DNA from: Trichoplax adhaerens
Taxonomy: Eukaryota; Animalia; Placozoa
Length of the DNA stretch: 64,000 bases
Reading direction: 5' to 3'
NCBI RefSeq assembly: GCF_000150275.1
Contig: NW_002060943.1
Span: 4,050,008-4,114,007, forward strand
Shown here: one piece after another, positions 18,212 to 31,500 of the stretch
How positions within the stretch are numbered: position 1 is the stretch's first letter
Layout: each line of letters starts with the position of its first letter
Notes under the pieces: model-generated
Told to the model about the DNA's origin: nothing
The model's input: the letters and a program-made list of their open reading frames with translations, nothing else
Database searches by the model: none
Made by a program: the position numbers and the translations under genes

Positions 18212-21200
18212 ATGGATAAGCGAACCAGAAAGAGAATACGTCAAGCCAAGAAAAAAGCTCGGCCTGGTATGCATTTGATCAACACACCAATGTTTCAGTC
18301 CTTTCTACAGCCAGCCACAGCAGTACTCCTCTCTTTTTGCACAGTATCATTGACATGGACATGCTGTTGTACAATCGCTTCGTCCACTTCTTCATCCTCT
18401 ACTTGACGAGTGTAATACATAAAAATGATACTTAACCTGCTTCTTCACCACTTCTCTCCTTATCCACACAGTACACTACTACAATCGTCGTAGTAAAGGA
18501 CTTGAAATTGAATTAAATGAACAAATTCAACGCTAGAGGGCGCGTACAGCCAGTGCAAACCACCACATACGAGCACGGACAACGAGTCCAGCCAGCTATC
18601 CTTTTCCATCAGCAGGATTATAAAATACTGCATTTGCAAAATCCATATTTTCACCTCCAATTTCATTCTACTCTCTTAGTCAAGGCTCAACGTTGCAAAT
18701 GCAATCCATTCAAACAACAATAACCCCCATCTTGTCCGATATCATCATGTGCCACACTTGATATCAATCCAAGATACAGTTTAGCCATCAATACTCCATC
18801 ATTGACCGCAGTCATTGCAACACTACACCAATCATCAACCAGCCATCCCAAAGGATTGCATCTCTAGTCGACATTGGACATCTAATTTCGCTTCCAGCTC
18901 TTACCTCTACAAATAAGCTACAGTAATACAACTCAATCTTTTCCTCCTAGCCATAAATTTGACTCTATCCCCTGATCGACGTAGACAGTAGTGGTGATCG
19001 TTTGCAATGCCGGTGCAAAATGACGACGATAATCCGCCACCTACCCTTTCTCACGTCAAGTTGTGCAAAATAGCCAAATAATAATCTCCATTTCCAATGG
19101 TTGAAACATTCAATCATACATCCCACTGCTTAGCACAATTTAGCTGATGACGGTAGACGCACTCAGTTCAACAGAGTTGTACAGCTGGCATACATTCATG
19201 ATGAAATAACTGCACCAGGTATTTTCAATTCATTCATGGTAGTGGCCGAAGCCAAGTGAACAATCATCAACTACAGTTGACATCATTGAAAGTAAATCGA
19301 TTTCACTTCATTGAGTGGCCACCACTGCTCACAATTTCCAACACTTTGCTATGGACCGTGATATCTCAATTCCGTAATAAACTTAATATCGCTAGTTAAA
19401 ATAGGCTCTTTCTTAATAGCAAAATCAGAATCGAAAGTTACATTGTATATCGTATAAATACCTTTCGAAATAGATCTCTCATCTGCAATATTCGCTACTT
19501 TTCTACCTTCTCCTTCAAACAAATAACTATCGTACTGTAGTGATGGTCATCGTTACTTCTATGATGATTTCAATACTACATTACATATGCCTATTCGTAA
19601 TAGTATTGAGTTGCAATCATATCGTAAATCTTTACATTTCAAGCAATCGTATGAAGTAAATTGACTTCACTATAGCTACAAATTATTATTGGACAGGCTA
19701 TACAGTACAACACAACTCTCAGGACTGCCAGTCGTCTCTCCTTAAGGCAAAAAGAAATGGATTACAATACGTATAAATAATTGAAAATTGATTAGCACCC
19801 TATTCCACGTATACTTCATATTATGACATACAAATGTACCATCCTTGTTCTTACATCACTGTAGACTGTATATTTTCTTCATCTATCATGACGCGTATTA
19901 ATTGATTAATATTCTATTTCCTATTCCACTTCATATTATGACACACAAATGTACCATCCTTGTTCTTACATCACTCTAGTCTGTATATTTCTTCATCTAT
20001 CATGACGCGTATTAATTGATTAATATTCTATTTCCTATTCCACTTCATATTATGACACACAAATGTACCATCCTTGTTCTTACATCACTCTAGTCTGTAT
20101 ATTTCTTCATCTATCATGACGCGTATTAACGTAAAAATGCGGTAATCATCATTGTCTATTCTTATAACTTCCATTTAGAACTGAAAGGTAGCTATGGATG
20201 GAAAAAGTTCAATTATGCTAAAACAATGGATTTAAGTTTAAATTCTGTTCGTGATAATGTTGAACGAGTTGACGTTCGCTCAATAACCCATCAAGAATTC
20301 ATCCGACAATTCGAAAAACCTCTAAAGCCAGTAGTATTAACAGGTGCTATGGAAAAATGGCCTGCTATGAAAAAGTGGACAATAGAGGTGAGTTGAAAAT
20401 AGTACATGCAACACCAAGCTCTGCACACAAACTCCTTACCTATTTACTTACAGAATAACTAAAACCAATTTCTATAATAACCATAATTATTAATACACCC
20501 TATACGCATCAAAAGTATCAGCCATAGTAGCATATCAAGATGTTAAGATAAAAAGAACCGTATATCATAAATAGATATTAGAAAAACGGCCCCAATCCTC
20601 TCACCTAACGTGCTGTGTAGTCTACACGATCACTAATCCAAATTGCACAACCCAAGTCATTTTTTTCCCCTTTTATTCTTATTATAAATCATTTTATATT
20701 TGCATCAAAAATTTCTGACTGATACAGTTTCATTTACTCTAACAAATTCATAATGATAACAGAATCGGTCTCATCCCTAAAAAACGTTCCCACTAAAATT
20801 GCTCGCTTATCATGATATTACGCGTAGAACGGTCTTACTTATTGAAGTACAGTATATTTAGCTAGTTCTTATTAGATACTGTAAGCCTTACAAAAACACA
20901 ACGTTTTATTCTTCCTGATCGGCAGCATAAACTAATTATTACCAACTATAACCAGCAGAAAATATTGTTATATCATGAAAACCATCCTGACCTGTATAAC
21001 TGTTACTGATTTATCTCCAAATTGAACGCCTGACTTAAGCATTGATTGAAAGTTAGTTAGCTGTATTTACACTGAAATCTTACTCATTAGCTTTGAACTA
21101 TTCTTATGTAGAGATTAAAGCGAAAATATAAAAATCAACGATTTAAATGTGGAGAAGACGATGAAGGCTATTCCGTCAAAGTTAAATTGAAACACTTATT

Positions 21201-23016
21201 AGAATACATGAAACATCAAGATGATGATAGCCCTTTCTATATATTTGATGGCTCTTTTGCAGAGGTACTAAATCCAGTCAATAAATAGATGTACAGAAAC
21301 ATGTCAATCTTTTTAATACCGTGGAAATAAAAATTATGCTATCATCTAATACTAGCATTCGAAAAAGAAACGTTTGTTAAATAATTACGAAATTCCGGAA
21401 TTTTTTCAAGATGATTTATTTAATTATAGCGAAGAGAAGCGACGGCCTCCACACAGGTACAGTAGTTGGATATCCTTACTTTATCTAACCTTAACATATC
21501 TATATCCGCTTATTAGCATATAGAATGATAAAAGTAATTCAACGAAGTTATAAATTCCACGTTGCAGATGGTTTGTTTTAGGCCCTGCACGCTCCGGTAC
21601 TGGTATTCATATTGATCCACTCGGTACAAGTGCCTGGAATAGCCTAATTTCAGGTCATAAGAGGTAAAAAATTTCAATATTATTTCGCAACCAAATGGTC
21701 AAAATCAAATAGATATAGTTACGTATCACTCATGAAGGATATTTAATGAAATTCTTTGTTATTTTGTCAAATTCTTAGATGGGCTTTATTTCCAACCACA
21801 ACTCCAAAGGAATTACTTAAAGTATCTGGAAAGTTAGGTGGAAATCAAAGAGACGAAGCTGTTACTTGGTTCTCAATTATTTATCCAAAAACACAGTTAT
21901 CGACTTGGCCCTTACAGTTTAAGCCGGTTAGCAATATTGATGAACTTTACAATACGCCCATTCTTTATAACCTATGACATCATGATATCATTTCTATCAC
22001 TTTGGCGTAGTCAATACAGTAATGATGGGCGTTGTTGCTGCTGAGTAATAACGAGATTACATCACATCAATATACTAAATGGGAGGATTCTAAAATCTTT
22101 CAAATTAATTTGAGGGAAAAACTTTTTTACTCTAGCTTGAAATTTTACAAAAGCCTGGCGAGACTGTCTTTGTGCCCGGCGGTTGGTGGCATGTTGTAGT
22201 CAATGTCGATATGACTATAGCCGTCACGCAGAACTTTTGTAGCCCTACTAATTTTCATATCGTATGGAGTAAAACTGTCCGGTAAGATATATCAAATTAT
22301 GATGTCATAGGCTATTTATACTAGCTACTATAGCAGTTATCTTATTACTGATATAGACTTGATTGCAATAATTCTATGAACGAAAGGCACCTTATTATAT
22401 TTAATATTTCTTATATATCCAATACAGCGGTAGACCTAAACTGTCCAAGAAATGGTACGAAACTCTCAAGGTGAGTATTTGATGTAATTTTGGCCCTGCT
22501 CTCTTTAAATTTGTATCAAAATTGTAATTACCGTCCTTGCTATTTTAATAACTGTTCATCATATCTTTCTGCACAATTTAAGATAAACATTCTGTTATAG
22601 TACGTGCCATTTAACGTGCAATTAGGATAGTTTTAACAAAGTGATACATGTGATTTTTGAGCAGTATATATACATAATCTAACTACTAACTATTACTGGT
22701 GTAATATTTATTAGCGGAAAAGGCCAGAAATTGCTAAAATAGCCGATCAAGTCGACCCAAATAAGAGCACTGGGCTAGCATCTGACTCATCATCATCATC
22801 GTCATCCTCATCTAGTGACAACGATAGTAGTAGCTCGTCATCAGAAAGCGATTCAGCTAGTGAAGAAGATCATAAAAGAAAACGTAAAAGGTATCATTTG
22901 TCAGTGATGATACGTTATTGCAAATACTTTAGGAGCCATTCATATTTACGTCAGTTATTCATGAATAGTTGTAATACCAAGCTTGTGTTTATATTGAATT
23001 TAGATATAGAAAATAA
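18212..23016 (+). CDS. JMJD6: JmjC-domain lysyl hydroxylase / arginine demethylase JMJD6 (PSR), about 10 exons
   Basis: [18 protein letters not shown]|ELK...DNVERVD...KPVVLTG...W...KKWTIE|...[13 protein letters not shown]...[13 protein letters not shown]...RRPPHR|[24 protein letters not shown] (HxD)...[17 protein letters not shown] (distal His)...TVRGRPKLS (AT-hook), then poly-Ser tail. Ends at 22932 if the last intron is retained or 23016 if spliced. Confidence 0.96.
19812..20129. repeat. Tandem repeat, 114 bp x ~2.8, in JMJD6 intron 1
   Basis: ACTTCATATTATGACAYACAAATGTACCATCC... recurs at ~19813, 19928 and 20042; ends ~50 bp before the exon 2 acceptor. Confidence 0.95.
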
Positions 23017-24097
23017 ACCACAAAAGAAACAATGAAGGCACTCAATCTTATCATGGAATAACGGTAATAGGTAGACTTAACGTTGTTAGAGCTTGTCCAT
23101 TGGAATAACTCTAATAATGTTATGGTAACAAATGATGAGACAATCATGACTACGTTATGAAAATGCTCCATTTTTGAGCACAAAGTTATTTCAATCAAAA
23201 GGAGATTTTATGGAATAGTTCAATCGATGCAAGACCGACAGTAATCCTGTTTTAACCTTGGAAAATTAATTAGCATTTTCCTATTATTATCAATGTATGA
23301 CATACTGTGTATGGTATACTATTGTATTGTTCTATGCCATGAATAAATACATTATGTATATAGAGAAGAGATATATATATCAACATGTATGCTTAACTCA
23401 CAGAATGAGTCAGACTACTTTACATTAAAATCAATCCATTACAATATCATGTATTGTGATAAGTGCGTAGTAAGATAGCATGTCATCGCCCTTATTACTA
23501 ACTTATTACGTACGTCAATCAATCAATGGTACAATTTTGCGATTTGAGTAGTTGTGCTTCCCTTGTGTATGGTAACTACATTGTCACTTATCGCCAATCA
23601 TTTACTATGCGTAGTAATTAAACTTATTCTTAACGGATAATTAGTCTAGCTTACTGTCGCTAAAAATAAATTTACACTCAACTTTAGAAATTAAACGGGC
23701 GTAATGGCTTTTCTTCTGTAGCGTTGCTATTCTAGTCGCCGATGTTGATGGTAGTAAAGACAAAAAAAGGAACAATATTGAATAATATTCAATCATTGAT
23801 GACGATTCGACGGTTTAAATAATTTCACTCTTCTAATTAATTATCAAATCATACAAAAGTGAAGTTTTGAATGAGTAATAAATACTAATAGAATAGAAAT
23901 GATACTTTACTCGATCAATGATGAACATTGTTTTGAATAGGATGATTCACTCGCTATTCGTCAAACGCCTCATTTTATTATAAAGTTGTCATATTTAATA
24001 ATACGATTATCCTAACAATCCTAGTTTAATTTTCCGATGTTGCAACTACAGTACCGATAATATAGCACCCTTTCATAGCGCTTTATTCGCTTTAAAC

Positions 24098-24110
24098 GTT
24101 GCTAGGAGAC
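24098..24110. promoter_or_regulatory. RFX X-box motif at the putative MAP3K19 transcription start
   Basis: GTTGCTAGGAGAC (reverse complement GTCTCCTAGCAAC) fits the RFX-binding X-box. A GTGAGT donor follows ~25 bp later, consistent with a short non-coding first exon. Confidence 0.6.
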
Positions 24111-25505
24111 AAAACCAGTTGATGTCAAAAAAAAGTGAGTTTAATTCCAACTCTTTTTATCTGATTACCATATCAATAATTCGTACCCTTTCTATAGTAA
24201 ATAAACTATTCACGTGGACATTCTTATGCATGACCTTAATTAAAAGTATGCGTTAGTACAGAGAAACCTGGCGCTAATCTCCAATAGAATTGTTATTTAA
24301 CCCTTTAAATAGACGCCTTGCTCATTGCCATTTGAAAAGATGAATTACTACTTGGATAGTACTGACGTCAATTTATACAGCAGTAGTATAGAGTACTTTA
24401 AATGTTTATCTTACTCATCCATAGCCAGCTCATGCAAGGCCAGCATAAGATTGACGACTATTTATTTGTAACATACTTTTTTTTCAGGCTCTTTAAGTTC
24501 GTACAAAAATCCTAGATTATTAAGAAGGAAAAATAGATCATTTTTTAATCAATTTTAATTGGATTTTTACTGCATCATACAATCCAATCACTACATAACA
24601 CTCATCTTGTAGAAGAGTAGAATTCTATCCAAGCAAGGAGGATGATGTAATACGATATGAATCTAGCGACAGTAGAAATATTGTAAACTTTACTCATGGC
24701 ACTAATTGAGTAAACTATTGATAATTTAAATCTATTGATTTTTCTCTATTCCATCATGGATAGTTTGTCAATAAGACTATCCATTGAGTTCAAAATGATG
24801 CCGATTATTGGTCGAAAATTTCTATTAAAAATGCCTAAACTATTGTTAAAATAAATGCGTATGACAATAGTCATACTTTAGAATTCATCAAAAAATAGTC
24901 GAGACACTTATCATCATGGTTAGTATAGCATTAAAACAACATCCACTACTGTACTAATAGCTGACTTGTTGCTAAACGAGACAAAATTAAGAAAGACAAG
25001 CAGTCATAATTACTATTATTAAAGCTATTCTTTAACTTCTTTACATTTCTACTTTTTTTGTGTGCTCAAACGAGTCGTTAAAATTCCAGACTATCTACCT
25101 TCGCCTCCCTCCAAGTTTTCCTATATTAGCTTTCTTCCCCCCTCCCACTAACTGTATCTTATTTCTTTCTGTCACGCATTTACTCATCGATCGGAGTAAT
25201 CAACTAGCATTACATCATTAAGCCCAAGATTGGCCTATCATCAGTTGTAGTCTTAGGCTGTAAAAGTGTTCCGCCTCAGCACAATTGACAACTGGCCTTG
25301 ATCCGGTTAGCGCTACCGACGTAATCGTCCATCATCTCCTTATTTTTACTATAATTCAATCATTTGCCATCAACAATTATTATTATTAAGACATTAATGT
25401 CGATCTCCTTAGTATTGTAATTGTAATAGCGAATGATCTCTTCGACTATTATCCATGATATCATAAAAATTGACGTCAGTACTTGCTGCATAAAAGTATA
25501 GCAAG

Positions 25506-28500
25506 ATGAAGGTTGGTTCTACTGGTCATAAAGAAGAAAAACCACCCAAAAGTAAGGTCCGGTTGCCAGAATTGCGACGTGTCTACTACGAGGTTTCATC
25601 GGCTATCTTTAACAATTCATTAAGGTAAAAACAGAATGAGAAGGGAAATTCTTGATTTCTTAGTTTCTATTCCCATTAGCAATTACCGCCTATGCTGTAT
25701 AGACGTTTAAAATTAATGGTTAATATGCGTACCAAGAATCAGAATAAATTAGTGTCCCTTTTAGGAATTGTTATTAGAAAGGAATAAAATACTGATCTTG
25801 AATTAACAATAGTCCTAAGAAGATTTAAAGCGTAGTAAAATAACAACAGTACAATTTGATAGAATAAGAAATGGAAGACGAATAAAACGTATATCATTAG
25901 AATTACCTTCTATCTAGATAGCAAAGTAAAATAGATAACCGTGAAAAAAGAATGATCCTTTTAATTCCCATAGCTTGTTTAAATATACCCTATTAAATCT
26001 AACTTAATTCATGTATCTTGCGACTGCTTTACATACTTTAACTAATACAATTCTAACATTTTTTACCAATTTCTATCATTTAGTAATGATAAAACTGATC
26101 TAATCACAATATTTTTTGAAGCAGTGAAGGTAAGTCTGTGTTTTTCTAACATTAACTGCAATCGATTAAATCTGATTTTATTACTTGTATGTTCGGGTGT
26201 ACTTGTAACACTTGATAACCAAAACAAACTTTTTAAATAATTAGTTCAAATATTAATTACATAGGTCATTCTTAGGTAGAGTTATCAGCTTCAGTAAATT
26301 AACAGATAGGAATACTTTTATAATCTATCACTGAATTAACTCAATGAATAAATCCATTTGATAATTGAAATGTTCTTCTTGTTAGAATGGTGATCTTGAA
26401 CGAGTTAAAAATTTTCTTCAACGTAAAGGCAGTCCGGTAAGCTACCTACAACACCACCTCGACTACCTTTAGTATAATCTGATTTAGTTTAAAATTTTGA
26501 GTAGTCTTCAAGCAATGTTTCCCTTAAATATTTTAACGTTAATTATATTAGCTCTATCAAAGCTTTTACATGTCAGTAGTTTGAAATTTCTATCGATCTC
26601 TACATAGCATTCCCTTCTAAAATCGTACAATGACATTATGTTAGCTTTACCAGAGTTCTACATACCCTTCTTTACTAAGGATTTTATCAATCTCTAATAT
26701 TCTCTCTTGAAATCCTATAACTTGTTGAGAGCATTGTTAGCGTTAACAGAGCTTCAGTCAAAAAAATCTGAATATTGATTTTATCTTTATTTAACCATAA
26801 GAAACTTAAAACATTTGCATTAATTAATAAAACACAGTTTAAGTTCCATAAATTACAGAGCTACCCCACTAGCACTTTAAAGTTACTGGTACTTTCCTGT
26901 TACATATTGTAGTCAATATTGTCCTCATTTTCTATCAATTTCTAAGCAACCTAACCGATTGTAATTATCATTCTCCTGATCCATAAATGCTACCTAATCT
27001 AATAATTATATATAATCAATCCCTACCTATAATATTTATCAACTGTGTGTAATCTGATTCTTTTCATTAATTTTACCTTTTTATATAACATGATTAAAAG
27101 TTTGAGTGCTAGCAATCTTAAGCACTCCCTACTTCAACTATCCGCAAACTCAGAGTATTAAATACGATAAGTTAAAACTGTACGATGATAATAAGTTGAT
27201 AATTTCTCATCATTAAGATTAGTCAATTAAAGCTCGAAGGTAGCGTTTAAAACCCTAAAATTAGGGTCCTAATTGTAGATTGAGCAATGGCCTCTTTCTA
27301 GTAGTTAGCTAGCTTGAAGATAACTTTTTTTAAGTTTCAGTTCATTTTACTACCAATGTTCATTCAGTAGTTGATTAATAAGAAATAATGACAACTTCTA
27401 TCCATATAAGAAATTATACGCAATCGGTTATTTCTCTTCCATAAATTTAACTTATTAGCAAAAGGATGATGAATATAATTGCCCTCATCAAGGACTTCTA
27501 GATCCCCTGAGGATCTAGAAATCCATGCCATTACGAGTATTCATGACTACTGTACTTTACATATAATACTAATTAGAGAGATATAGCTTACCTGTATATC
27601 TATATACATGGGATTTCCCTATTGCTAATAAATGACAGCTTAAAGCATTCAATAACAGTTCAATATCTTTTCTTGAATACACCTACTAGATTGATATCGA
27701 TACTAAAGAGAAAAAGACCGGCAATACACCAATAATGTACGCTGTCATGGCAAACAACTTGCCGGTAAGTATTTCTCCATGATATAAAAACTTTTATTGC
27801 ATTAACAGATTAAATAGAGTTAAAAAATTGGAACACATCTCTTTATCCTCCTAATTAACCTGAAAACCGAATAGACCTAGAAATAAAATATTGTATATGC
27901 GAGCTTGCAAGTTTATTATTGATTCTGAGCTATAAAATAGCTCAGTTCAAATTGTAAAAGCCCATTCGATTATTCATAATCGCTGTGAGTCACCAACGGC
28001 TCGGATAGAATAGTAAAAGGCCAAGGAAATCACTCATTATTGTTTCTGAGCCACTAAAACAAGTTTAGTTCAAAATATAAAATCTATTAAATCATTCATA
28101 TTGGCTCTGAGCCACCAATAGCTGACAGGGGATAGTAAAAACCTCTAAAATCACTCCTTATTTACTCTAAATCATAAACGTCTCAGACAAAATTGCACTT
28201 CCTTCTTGGATTGTTCGTAAAGTTCTAATTGAATCATTTCAAACTTCAACATTACTGGAAATGAATAAATCGATATTTTTTGGCTTGTAGATGGTTAAAT
28301 TGCTGCTAAGGTATGGCGCGGATACTACACTACGCAATGCAGAACAAGAAACAATTTTTGACAAATCAAAAATAGATATGAAAGGATATTTATTAGGTAA
28401 TCAACCAGTTCTTGATAGTACTTTAGAGAGTATTATCAATTCTAAATTTTTTCTTACCATTTTATCTTGACACTACCCGAATAATCTTTTAATGTTACAT

Positions 28501-31500
28501 ATTTCTTCTTGTCCTTATGTAATTTCTCATCCCCTTGCCATTGAAAATCTCATATGCAATCACTACAGACACCGTTCGAGAACCAGGTGGGCTTATATAC
28601 TGACAACTATATTTTATGTATTCTAAGAATGCATAACTATCAAACTATTCTAAGCAGTGATATGGAAATACCATTCACCGATCCCTACATGACAAAGTTA
28701 TCCATCTTTTTTCAGGTCCTTCAACTAAAAAACTTTTGCAGTCAGCTTGGCAAGGCAACGCTGAAATAGTCAGAAAAATTCTGGTGGGTAGCTTCTATTT
28801 TCTTTTTCTTATATAAACACTAGTACTATCTTCTGTAATGAAAAGATAATTTAAAATCAATTCACTTAGCCCCAATATGGCTGTAACATTAAGATGGAAC
28901 CCATTCAAATAGTATAATCATTGTTTATGTTCCATTTCTCTCTTCTAGTCTAGCGGAAAAGCAGCCAACATTAATGGTAAAAACTCTGAAGGTTGTACAC
29001 CATTACTATTAGTAACAAGAGATATCAAAATGTTTACAGAAGGTACGAGAATATTGCTTCAATCGATACACCATTATGATATTGCTAGTTGATAATTTCT
29101 AATCCAATAACTGGACATTTTTCAACTTGATTATAAAGTGAATCAAGCCCTTCAACGAGATTATAAGCCGGTAGAAGTCGTAACAGAATTATTGCAATAC
29201 AGCGCGTAAGTCCGTTCAATAAACTAGCTGGTGCATCTTTAACATTTTTTAAAATGGCATCGAATTGGAAAGAGTTCGGCTTAGTATAGGATATTCGATA
29301 AGATAAGAAGATTAGTTCACTAAAATTTTTCTATAGGGAGATATCTTGACTAAATTATATATTAATAACTCTCTGGCAAATATTTACACTCATAGTCTGA
29401 TCTAACATCTAGCCGTAATAAGAAATTGATTTCAGTATTACCTGATTGTATGAGAATTGCCAGCCAAATAATCTTTGACGAAATTGCACCTTAATTATAA
29501 TCCCTTCAAAATTCGACTCTACTAGGCAGTTCAGATAAAGCAAAGGAATTAACGTGATATCTATCTTGATTTTGATTATATTATACCTTTCCCATCATAC
29601 TTAGTGAAACTAGCATTCGAGATGTTAATGGCTATACACCTTTACATCATGCTGCTGCTGCCAATAATGATATTGCAACGACCATTATTTGCTTACTGCT
29701 GGATAAAGCGGAAGCTAATATAGGTAAGTTCAATTTTATAACATCATTCTCTAACATCAACCATCTTAATAGTATTCTGGAAATAACATTAACTTACGTG
29801 TTTTGATGATAACTTCATTCATAAGCTTATTTTATTCTATTTCAATGATAGATATTGCTGATAATCGAAATTATTCACCTCTCCATCATGCATCGAAAAG
29901 TGGCCATGTAGCAGCTGTCAATACCCTTGTCGAAAAAGGCGCTAACGTTAACGCACGCAGTGATCAAGGCGAAACTCCACTCCACTTATCCGTAAGTTTT
30001 TACACTTAAATTTCGAAGTTGGATGTTTGGTTATAGCCATAGTAACCCAAAAGTAAAATCAACAGTATCATAGAGTAGATCATAACCTAAAAATTATCTT
30101 CACTCGATAGCTCCAACTTGATAGATATTGATAGTCTTGAATTATTTTTCCATCATCGATTTATTAGGCCTCAGGTGGTCATGAAATTGTTTCAACAACT
30201 TTACTCAATAATGGAGCTGATATTACTTTAGTCGATAATGATGGTTTAACACCGGTGGATGTAGCCAAGACAAGCCGACTTAAAGCAAAATTAAGAGGTA
30301 ACCTACATGGCCAAAATATTGAATGTCTGTAGTATTAGTTACAAGAAATAGCCAACATTACTAATCCTATTAAATAATTTCGGTACATTTATAACCTATT
30401 TCATAACTTATGGCTTAGATGCATGGGCAGAACAAACCTATCTGAAAGTTGATATATCGGAACCACCAGCGGAAAATAATGACAGTATTACTCAAACAGA
30501 TACTAAAGTACGATCATTTATGTCTACTCGATATGTTTAATACAAACTTTCATTTAAAACTTGTTTCCAATTTGATAGATATCACATTGTAAGCTATAAT
30601 AAAATGATATTATTCTAAATTTGATTTATTTTACAACAAATAGCAAGCTGATGCCAGCACATCAACATCAGTAACAGCCAAAGAAAAAGCGAAAAGTAAG
30701 AGAAAATAGCAATACTGCATTCGTATATAAAATATTAGCAACTGCTGTGACATAGTAGAACGTGTATCTTAATCTGGATTTTGTTATTATGTCAATAGAT
30801 GGAGAAGTAGAAAATGGTTCTCTTAAATCTCCTAGAAAACAGCCTAAAAAGATTAAGAAAACGTTAGTATTACCTCAATACATAAATAATAAATAATTAT
30901 ACAGAGTCTTGGTAAGCTATTTAATCTACTATCCTCAGGGCTTACTTTTCATCGCCAGTAGAAGGAATAGGTAGAATTAATTCACAGTATCTTTATGCTG
31001 ACAATAAGGAAATAAATGTTTTCAATTACAGGAAAGACATTAAATCGACTCCTATCAAACCTACTACAAAACCGATAATCGAATCTCAAAACGGATTTCG
31101 ACTTATTTCATTTGATCGAAAGCGATTAGATCAAAAGAATAAAAGTTGCGAAGGAAGGATCCAAAGTACAAAGACACTCTCTTCCTGTAGCTCAGGATAT
31201 AAAAGTTCAGAGAAAAATAAAAATATATCGCGCAGCGTATCCTTACAAGGCACATGGACACAAAAAGTTTCTCATCAATCAGGTAAAATCATCCTATTTC
31301 AACTTAGTATGGCAGCATATCTATATGCGTTAAATATACAGTATTAAAAGAACTAGGAAAAAAAATCAATATTTTAAGAGTAGTTATAAAAATTAGAGAC
31401 TGAAGAGTCGCTGTCACCTCTGGCAGTATCGTAAGCGTTAGTAATTTTTTCATGTTTGCTTCAAATTTAAATTAGATTCACAACCAATTCGCTTAAAAGT

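Noticed and set aside
23650-24000. Possible divergent non-coding transcript from the X-box promoter
   Set aside because: Only two donor-like hexamers; insufficient evidence.
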